From Tricharina praecox (taxonomy: Eukaryota), in contig NW_026250403.1 in the NCBI RefSeq assembly GCF_024521635.1, positions 2,170,001 to 2,234,000 of the forward strand: 64,000 nucleotides of DNA, read 5' to 3'. The position numbers and the translations under genes are program-made. Each line of letters starts with the position of its first letter. The stretch's first letter is position 1. Below are positions 1-10,064 of this stretch, piece after piece. The notes below the pieces were generated by a model. That model was given only the letters and a program-made list of their open reading frames with translations, searched no databases and was not told the origin of the DNA.

Positions 1-3000
1 TATGGCAACCAAGCAGATGCGTAATAACCGATAGAAAAGAAACATACATGGATTGACGAGTGATGCCCCATGCACCTATATAAGTTGTCTAGACGGCACT
101 ACCACATCTAGCCCTCACTGAGTCACTGAGTTTCTATGGCAATTGCCAGCCCTGGGTTACTCCCTCCCCATCTCCCATCTCCCGTCTGCACCTGCAAGGC
201 TGCAACCGCCAATGCAAGGTTTCCCTCATGTGAATACGGCGTGGGCATTATAATCCGCCATCACTAGGTTTGGACTCCGGAGTAGGAATGGTGGCAGCGA
301 GATACCATCTGTCACTCGCAACACTGATTCGCTGCCCAACCTCTAAAAAATAAAAATGGCCTTGAGCATGCGCCTGTACGTAGCCGTGAAGACTTATCAC
401 CCCGTCCGAGGGACGGCCTAGAGGACCTCTTAGGCCTTTGGTCGTCGGGAGTCTCTAGATACCTAGGTAGTAGAGAAGCATTTCCAGAATTAGTTGCGAG
501 GAAGGCCGCGCTATGTACCTACCTAGCTGTATTTCTCTCTCTCTCGGGCGGTACGGTATCGTCAAAAGAAGTAGGTAGACGACTATACATAGCAAAAAAA
601 CCCCAACTAAGTATGTACCAGGTTGCCTACGGACACACAGACAGGAGTCACCATTCATTCATCCGGCCGAGTGCTCGTATGTACATACGGTTTCACGGGA
701 TACCGCGATCAATCATGAATGGCAAACTTTCACCCGTAATCACATAACATGTGTATCAAAGTCTGAACTGCATGTGAGAGTTGTTTCCGATATGTTATTC
801 TAGGTTATCCGAGTGTCCTGGACGTGGATTCAAAGCCCATGGACGATACTGAAGTGTAATGCGAGATCGGTGAGCTAATGGTTTGAAGTGAGAAGTATGA
901 TACCGGGAGGCCCCGAGAATACTCGTGGAATGGCCAACGTGCCGTACTCGTACTGCGGCACGTGCCAGCCTGCCAGGGCGACTCCGTACCAACATACATA
1001 GCCCTACCAAGCTCCAACGACGCATATGCAGTCCGAACCCATACTAGCCCTAGACGCGAAGAAGACCGAGTGAGCTTCAAAGTTCATTCCAGTCTTTTAG
1101 GGAGTCGCGGCTCATGCCTACAACCAGGCCTACGACCCAGCCCGATGGGACGTGCCATGTCTTTGTTCTTGTCTGGGGAGGCACTCCAGAACCGCATCCC
1201 ATCCAGACCCCCACGCCTTTATACGTAGTATGTAGAGCAAGATAGTAGGTAGCTCCGTGGGGGCCGGCTCGGGGAATTCATGGCGTCTTGTGGGATTTGC
1301 TTTTTTGTCGGGATTCACCGGTGCATACATACGGTATTCCGGCCGTTAATACTAGTAGTCAAAGGTCCGAGCGCAGGGCAACGTGAATCGCCGTTCTGTT
1401 CTCGGGAGATGAAGTCTAAAGACCGTCCTTTTGTTTAAAATCTCCCCACGTTTATTCTCAGCAGGGAACGACACACGGGCGAGTACACGAACTATGTACC
1501 GAGCCTCGTGTCGGCTGAGAGCGGGTAGGTAACATGTACACATCCAGATGTACGGTAGAGTACCGGCCGTTGTGTCAATCGGTGCAGAACGCCTACGGTG
1601 TTCTACTCGCGGTACGAACCGGAACACCTCGCCTCGTCCGCCCTTTTGAGGACAATACCAGAGCAGCGCAAAAAACGCAAAGCCCCCCGTGGAACTCGAT
1701 CGATGCAATGTACATTCCCGACGGCGAGAAGGAATAGGATAAATACTTTCTCTACATAACTTTGGCATAACTTACGGTCTTCTAACCGCGACTCTGCGCG
1801 ATTTAAGCGTATGTATTGTACGTAAGTACACACAACCTGCTGTCGTTGTAGAGCGTTTGAGCTTATGCCGGTTTCAGTGACAGTGTCAGGAACGCCGATG
1901 TTGGCTGTTGGTGTTGGGCTGGGTATAGGAAATCCTTTGTTTACATACGGTTTCCGGTCCGTCGTCGTCGTTGTCAATCGGGATCGCCAGACCCCGCAAC
2001 CGTGGGTAGGTTTTGCCAAGAAACTGTCGATGCAGCCCACCAGGCCGACGTGAAGCAGAGAACCAGACAGCAAAGATGCAACTAATCAAAGCCGCCACAG
2101 TACCGGACCTTGCCGAACCAGACCACGACCACGACCACACACCCCACCCCCATGCTTATTTTTTACTCAGGCCATGGTCGCGATGATAACAGCACATGCG
2201 AAGTTGTTCCACGGCAGCCTATCGATATTAAAACCAGCCCCGCCCACATCGGGAATCCGGTGGCTTTGGAAACCACCCCCCAGCCCATTGGGCGTAGCCG
2301 ACAACAATAGCCATCATCTACCGGCGGGAGCTTGCCTTGGAAGTTGGGCACCCAAAAAGACAGACTGTGTGCCGTGAGCGGCAAGTTTTGAATGATCTTG
2401 ATCGGTCTTATCACCCAGGCCGTAAGAGATGCAGGGGATGGAGCTGATCAAGGGGAACTTCAGCCGCGAATGCCTGGTTCACCGTTCATGCGTTCTGCAA
2501 TCGATGAGGCCGACGAGGATGCGCGACGGAGTACATACGGGCGCAGTCGGTCTTCACGGCGAGAGGTTTGTGGTACTCTTGCCAGCCGCAGAATTATGGG
2601 GCGATGCTCCTCTGTATCTGTCTCTGTGAACTCTGCAGAGTTGGGTGTCTCGGCTGTCCAATGTCTATCCATCATGTAAGCGCTGCAACTCCCGCTCAGC
2701 CCCGTCCATGTCGTTGTTACGTTGTTGCGCGAAACGATGGGGATGGCCTGGGCAACCCCGCTCTTGGCCTGTTTGCGTGCGCGGGTTAGGCTTGGCCGGC
2801 CATTGGGCAAGCGGTCGATCACGGCCACTCCAAACTGCACGCCGGAATATGACGGCGATGAAAGGACAGGAAAGCACCGGCGGGTGTCTGCCCACCTGGA
2901 ACAGTGGACACATAAATGTGGCGGCATCGCTTGGGAACAAAGGATCCATCTCTCGCACGCGACACCTCTGCACACGAGTCCATCCCATCCATCGACATCG

Positions 3001-3434
3001 GCCATCTCTCGGGCGCCTTCGTGCCATATGTAGGCAGGTAGTGTGTTCATCGGACGGCAACATACCTGCGACAGGGATCACCTACATACATCATCATCTT
3101 CACGAACGGCGGCGTCTCAGCCGTTGAGAGTGCACCTTAACATAGCTACCCCGTTCGCCTTCTAGTTTCGGGCGACCTTATCACCACGCCTCTTGCGCAA
3201 ACAGCTAGTCGGTATTTCCCCCCAACCCCAACCCCCATCTGCTGCGCTTTGCAGGCAGGTCCAGAACATCGCAGAGAGCTAAACGGAATCGCTAATAAGG
3301 AACCCACTTGATCGCCGCCTGCTCGCCGAAGGCTAAAGGTGATCACGCTTAAATACAAAAACGAAGCTCCCTCCACCACATGTCCGGCCTCTGCGACGAC
3401 GACGAGCCAGCTGCTACACTGGTGCCTCCGAACG

Positions 3435-5052
3435 ATGTCAGTCCCGCGGGGACTGTTGGCTTCCTACTACGACGCTCCGGACCGCCGCACCATCGACGAT
3501 GACCGCCCGACGCTGCTGGTGACTTGGTGGTGCACTGGCTGCTGTATTGCGCTCATTGGCATGCGCTTGCTGGGCCGCTATATTCGCGTTGCGAAGCTGT
3601 TCCGAGACGACAAGTTTATGGCCCTCTCGATCCTGCCGTTGTTGGGGCATCAGGCGCTTGTGCACATGGTACTTCTCTACGGAACGAACAACACGACCGG
3701 TACCGAGGCAATGGGAAAGGAGGAGTTACGGCGGAGAAGAATCGGCAGTGGAATGGTTTTGGGCGCGAGAGTGATGTACGCCGCATTGTAAGTCACATGT
3801 TGGCAATCCTCGTTTGTGCGGTGACGTTTGGAGCCCGGGATTCAAACTGACCTGACAGGTAGTCTCTGGTCGCAGAAGTTTTGCATCACTGAGTTCTATG
3901 TGAGACTGACGGAACACTTTTGGGAGAAGGGCTATGAATTGGGACTGAGGATCATGAGGTGGAGTCTCTTGGTCACCTTCCTTGCCGCTACTATATCCGT
4001 CTTTGGAGAGTGCCGGCCCGGTCACAAGTCAGTTGCTGTCCCTTTCGCGTGTGAACTTCTCACCTGGGATTGAATCTAACTTGTCGTCTTATTAGGTTAT
4101 GTGAGTTACATACCCTCGATGTGTCTCTCGTTCATAGTGGCACGGGAGATCTCCTTAATCCATCCACTAACGTAATGTAGGGCAGGTGCATCCATCTCCC
4201 GGCCCGCAATGTCGTTCCGGTTTTGCACCTCTCATCACGATCTCGACATTCAGCATAGTGACGGACCTATTCCTCGTGCTCTACCCGATCCCGATGATAA
4301 TCCGCTCATCGTTCACAACGCTCAAGAAGCTCCGGCTCATCCTGACAGTGTTCAGCCTGTCCCTCCTCTGCGTCGCCTTCGCCAGCTACCGAGTACCGGC
4401 CGTAATCCGCACGCACGGCTCGCAGCAACTACGCTCGCTCCTCGCCGCCTTCGAGATCCTCGTCTCCACCATCGTCAGCAACGCAATCATCATCAACTCA
4501 TTCGCGCGGGGGAAGGGGGAAAAGAAGCGCAAATTCTCTGGGGCGAGCGGGGTTGACGACGCTGAGGCGGGCCAAGTGAGGATGGCGTATTGGGGCAGCG
4601 ACGACGATATTGCGCGATATCTGGGCGTCGGAAGGGTTCCCGGGGTCGCCCCGGTGCAGAAGGGCTACGGCTTTACGAGACGGTCCGAAGAGGCGCCGAG
4701 AAGCGATGAGCGCTTGCAGCCGAGAGCGGTGTTGCATGGCGCGGCGGTATCGGCCGAGATGGAGGAGCAGCAGCAGGCGAAGGTGGATTCCTGCGAGCTG
4801 ATGGATTTTGGTAAAGACACGACGACGATAACACCACCACCGCCGCCGCCGTCGCCAGATGATGGGAAGGAACACCCGGTGCTGTGCGATGCTGGCGGGC
4901 TACTAACTCTCGCACGGGTCGACGAGAATGAATCTACCACTGAATACTCTGACGATGACGACTACGATCTCCGGCCGCGGACTTCGGTGTCTTCGTCGTC
5001 GGTGGGACTGAAAGATACCATTGCGGAAAGGGATCGCGAGGTGCGGCGCTGA
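3435..5052 (+). CDS. Pth11-like / rhodopsin-domain integral membrane protein (4 exons: 3435-3787, 3863-4027, 4096-4100, 4181-5052)
   Basis: Several hydrophobic segments. Family-like motifs: RLLGRYIR..KLFRDDKFMALSILPL, VHMVLLYGTNN, IGSGMVLGARVMYA, ECRP..WQV.P.PGPQCR, SIVTDLFLVLYPIP. Introns GTAAGT 3788..TAG 3862, GTCAGT 4028..TAG 4095 and GTGAGT 4101..TAG 4180, each with a CTGAC/CTAAC branch site, join all pieces in frame. Confidence 0.85.
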
Positions 5053-6169
5053 TTTTGATTTTGATTTAAGCACATGTACGCTACATACATACATACCAGG
5101 CACTTTGGATTTGGGATTTTGGAGTCTGGGATTGGCGTTTGGGGCATACATTGTATTCGGGTTGTTGGAACTTGGGGGTTTTAAATGTTGATCTGCGGCG
5201 AGGCGAGGTACGTTGGAGTATTGTATTTTTTTGCGCGTGGGCGTTGGGTATATTTATATGTACAATGCTGATAATTGATATTGAGAGACTGAATCTGTCG
5301 ACAACATGGAGGATTAACGAAGATTCTTGCAAGGATGGAAGGCTTTCTGAAGATAATCACGATGGTTAATCGCAACTTCAACGGCAGACCGCAACTTGGC
5401 GTTCGTCACAAGCCTGCGACCTATCCATGCTACCACTAGCGCTTTCACGTGTTCATATTCACACGGTAGTGTAGAGTACATTTGATTGATTGATTGTTCA
5501 TACAGCATGGAACCCTAAGGTTATGGCCGATAGAGATATCTACAATACAACATTTCGACAAAGAAATTCCACCACCGAATCCATACAGAAATGACAAGCC
5601 GAATCCCTTCGCCTCGCAATATTTGAAAGTGAGCCTCTGAAGAGGTTCGGGTTGTCAGTTTTGCGCTGTAGCGGCGCGTCGTAGCCCTCCTCTTCTCCTA
5701 AAGGTACCTCCACTCGGTACTACCCTCAACATAACCAGTCTAGCGCACACGGCATGGTGCTCGAAAGGAATTGTCGTCTCGGGGTTTGCGTAGCTGTCAA
5801 GGCCGGGGCCCGAGAATAGCAGCGAAGATATTTGGATCGAAGGCGGGATTGGCAAAATGCCGGTTGTCATGGTCGACGTTGTCCTGAGCCAAGCCCTGAG
5901 CTCTCCCCCTGGAGTTCACTCTCCTCCCCGCCGTCGCCATATCGCCTGCTAAACAGGCCACCTATGGCGGGCGTATTCAGGACCTGATTAGGTGCAGGGC
6001 GCGGACACACACCCTGGACCAAACCAGGTCTCAATCAGCAACGCCGCGCCCCGCTGACATGTTACTGCGCTGTAATGATAGGTAATGCAGAGTACTGACC
6101 AGTACCACTGGCTTTCTGCTGTTAGATAGCCGTACTTTCTGGTACCGGACCCACAGTAGGGGCGGCCAG

Positions 6170-6450
6170 GGCGGGCAGGAAGCTGGGGATCATATAGGTC
6201 TGCAACCGTCAGTAATGCTCAGTAATGGTCAGTACCGAGCAGTACCGCTATCGCCGCACCGCCGCCGGATGTAGTACTGACGAGTACTAGCTGCGGCCAT
6301 GGCGGGCAGGAAGCTGGGGATGATGTAGGTCTGCAATCTTCAGTAATGCCCAGGAATTATCAGTACTGGTAGGCACAGAGCGGTACCGCTATCGCTGCAT
6401 TGCTGGGCGCAGAATTGACGACAGCTGCCTACGGCCACGGCGGGCAGGAT
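6170..6450 (+). repeat. Left subterminal tandem repeats of the TIR element (unit about 130 bp)
   Basis: GGCGGGCAGGA recurs at 6170, 6301 and 6439; TACCGCTATCGC recurs at 6243 and 6384. Confidence 0.8.
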
Positions 6451-7479
6451 CCTTTGGGCAGTACAGCTCAGGAATCGTCATTACTGCACGGTACTGAGTG
6501 GTACTGCGAATACTGTCTGATTGCGGATCGCACATGTGGTTACAGCTTCTCATCCTGGACAATGGCTCGTAGCGGGGTTATGCTCTGATAGTAGCACTTC
6601 CATACACATGGTCTTCATTTTACATGTGCGGTGGTGTTCACAGCAATATCCTAATCTGGTCGGTATTTGCCATTAATAGAACTTCATCGTATATGGCAAA
6701 TAGGTGATTTACTGGCCGACAACACAAACTCCGATACTAAACCTGCGCGAGGGCCTCAAGACTTTCATATTAGCTGTGGGAACGCTAAAACTATCATCCA
6801 ACAACTTTTGAGACGTATCCCACCAGGGCTGAAGGTGTCAGATCAATTCAGCTCTCCACAATGATAGAGAGTATCTGGTGGGCGCTGTCAAGTACTTTCC
6901 GATACCGATGTGTACCAGTCTGCACTGGATCTGTCAACATAAAAAATCGGTTGAGAAATGATGATCCTTTCGAGGGCCGGGTACCTTGTAATGCTGCCCT
7001 CGAAATACTGAGTAGTCTCGCCTGGAGACGGGAAACAGCATTCATTCTCAGCGCTAGACATGGAAAGCTGCTTGCAGCCATCCCGTTCTTGCCAAATGCA
7101 GCACCCGTCATGAATGGCGGGATATTTCATTCCCGGACGATGTTGACATAGCTGAAGAATCTTCAATAGTGGTGATGTATGCTAATATATAGTCACAGGT
7201 GCTACTACTACAGGCCAGTATGGTTGAAGGCACGTTGGCGGCAGTAAGACTGCTTAATGCCAAGCGGTACTGAGCCCACACTACGCCAAATCATGGCATG
7301 AGCTCATTCCAGGGCGCCGCCAGAGGACACTTCCTGTATGTAAGGGTTCGGTGGCACATCAGTCGTCTGTTGCAGTACTGCTAGGTACCGGCAGGTACTG
7401 AAGACTACACTGCGCTGCCATTAGAGTACAACCTGACTTCAGGACAATGTCTGAAGCCAGATCCTATACCCACCAGTAT

Positions 7480-7960
7480 TGTGTCCGACGATACGGCGAT
7501 AGCGGTAACAGTCAGTACCCAGCAGTATTGACGGTTGCGGGTTATACCACCCCCAGCTCAATGCCCGCGCCGGCCGCATGGCGTACTCGCCAGTACTGCT
7601 CCCGCTGATACGGCGATAGCGGTACCGCTCGGTACCGACCAGTACTGACAATTACGAACCTATACCGCCCCCCGTATCATAGCCGTCCGGCCGCCTGCAG
7701 TACTAGTCAGTACTGCTCCCGGCGATGCGGTGATAGCGGTACCTCCTAGTACTGCTTGGTAATGATCATTGCTGATGATTGCAGACCTATATCGTCCGCA
7801 GCTTCCTGCCCGCCCTGGCCACAACCAGTACCTGTCACTACTGCACCTGGCGGAGCGGTGATAGCAGTACTCCTCGGTACCGCTGAGTACTGAGCATTAC
7901 TGACGATTGCAGACCTGTATCATCCCCAGCTTCCTGCCCGCCCTGGCCGCCCTGGCCGCC
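7480..7960 (-). repeat. Right subterminal tandem repeats of the TIR element (unit about 117-130 bp, at least 4 copies)
   Basis: CGGYGATAGCRGTA at 7494, 7611, 7728 and 7856; CAGCTTCCTGCCCGCC at 7799 and 7927. These are the reverse complement of the left-side units. Confidence 0.8.
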
Positions 7961-10064
7961 GCTACTGTGTGTCCGGTACCAGACAGTACAGCTGTCCAAC
8001 AGCAGAAAGCCAGTGGTACCGGTCAGTACTCTGCATTACCTTTCAGTACTGCGCAGTAAAATGTGAGCGGGGCGCGGCGTTGCTGATTAAGACCTGATTA
8101 GGTGAAGGCGCGGACACGCACCCTGGACCAAACCAGGTCTTGAATATGCCTGCCATTGGTGAAACAGGCTCTCCTAGAGTGATAAAATCGATGATGATGT
8201 GCAGGGAAGCGATGGTGAGACTTCTTCAGAGGTTCGGACGTAGCACCCGTGGTGGTGCAATTTTCCGGCCAGGGACCGAGGCTCGATTGATCTCTATCGC
8301 TTCATGCTCATCGTCGTCGAATTCGTCGGTCGGGGCACTCAATCCGTGGTCGAAAAGAGTGGACATACACACCACATGAATCCTGAAGCCAAAGTGAGCG
8401 GGGCATTTGGTGTGCCAAAGCATAATCTTGGCATTTTTGGAAGGTTGGTGTGGTTGTCGGAGGTGTGTTGGTGTAGAGTACAGTGAAGAGCTGATGTTGT
8501 GAAGCCAATTAACCTGATAGTGAACTCCACCATGACTAGGACCCCCACAGAGGCCAATCGCACGTTTCAAATACAGCCCAGGGTCAGGTCAATTCCAGGT
8601 CGTCCAAAAAGATTGTGCAGTTTAGCGCCAGTTGCGGGCATACATAGGACCGGCGCCGCATCCATGAGAATTCCTAAGTCCTGACTGTAGGCAGTATTTT
8701 CTGCTTCTGCTGCGTCTTCCACGGTAGGCAGATGCACTCACGTGCCTTCGCGATGCACAGACTACCGCCTCGGGAACTTCCGTTGCACGAGTGCGATATC
8801 ATGATAATCACGTGCACGAGTTGCCAGTGATGACGTAGAGTGGGTAGCTGGAAGTATGTATTGGAGAAACTCTACCAGCAATAAGCATAGACATTATCAA
8901 CCGCGGGCCTGCGGCAGTATAATCTCCCGAGAGCAAGAAGGCTCCAATTGTGGTGCACTCTGCACGGAAGAGCTGGTTGATGGAAGGGCGTTCCACTCGT
9001 TGGCACCGTTGCTGGAAGCGGGAAAGTGCGGCAACGCGAGGCTACTCTAGGTGCTCTCTGGGACACTCTAGACTGCTGGGCTTGAGGATACTGTCGTCTA
9101 TCTGGACCTGCCAAGCGCGAGCTCCGGGCCTCAGAGCGGATCCCAGATTCTGGTCAGGTAATCCCGTCTGTGTCTCTTGCGGGCTGTAGCCTCAAAAACA
9201 GGAAGACATCCCGATACCTTGACCGTTCAGAAAATTGATCTGACAAGCAATGATCAATCCGAGATTTCCCCATCATGTGTGGGATGGAGAGTGGTTTAAT
9301 GCAAGCAATTCGTACCGAAACGGCTGTTCCCGCGTTCTAGTCAAACTCAAAATCTGGAGCATCGGCAAACAGAACTAGAGACCCAAGCTACCCAAGTTAT
9401 CTAGGCTCCTCTCGAAGAGAACTGTTGCTAGAAAATCGGAGGAGAAGGAAACGAGGCCCTAATTCGGCGTGCAAGACTATGTTTTCCGCCAATGCACGTG
9501 CTGCGAGGTGATACGGCCCTTCGGAAGTTGCAGCCCAATCCATCAAGCTTCGAAGCGGAAAAGCAGATAGTGCTGTGGACGGCACCTTCCGGCACCGTGC
9601 TTGCCTGACGGACTGATCCCATCGGCAGTAACTCTAGATTCCTACCATCGAAGACCATACATCACTACCACCTAAGTGGTCGACAGCATATGTGGATTGA
9701 GCATAGATCTATACTCCACGAGCACTGGCCAGATTCTGAATGTGCTGCGTGTGTGCAGAGTCCTACGAAGCAGCAGTAACCCTACTGCTTGGGGACCGTC
9801 CGCAAAATCATGAGGACGATCCGAAGGACTTAGGAAAACCCGGCGATAATATGGAGAGCTGGAAGTCTTTATAACCCCCACCAATCCGCCCCCAATCTCA
9901 TCCAACATCAACACATTCACTCTTCTCCTCTCATCACCTCTACAACTTTCTTTCACTTCTTACTTCAAAAGTTTTCAAAAGTTTCATACGTTTGTGTTCC
10001 CTACTCCTTCTCTCAGCATCTTCAGCCGCTAACATCTCCACAGTTTAGATACCATTTAGACAAT

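Larger units (their letters stand above)
5959..8161. mobile_element. Non-autonomous TIR DNA transposon, hAT-like, about 2.2 kb, with 8-bp target-site duplication
   Basis: Left end CACCTATGGCGGGCGTATTCAG (5959) matches the reverse complement of the right end, CACCAATGGCAGGCATATTCAA (ends 8161). AAACAGGC flanks both sides (5951-5958 and 8162-8169). Inverted similarity continues for several hundred bp (about 6031-6450 vs 7700-8090). No intact transposase. Superfamily inferred from the 8-bp TSD and CA..TG ends. Confidence 0.9.

Noticed and set aside
1-3300. Numerous short overlapping ORFs
   Set aside because: No codon bias, domains or splice structure to support them.
6888-7166. Minus ORF with KYPAI..LSMSSAENECCFPSPG, faintly like a hAT dimerisation motif
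   Set aside because: The similarity is too weak to call by eye; it needs an HMM search.
6170-7960. CRISPR-like interpretation of the spaced repeats
   Set aside because: Eukaryotic context, the intervening sequences are themselves homologous, there are no cas genes, and the repeats lie within a TIR element.
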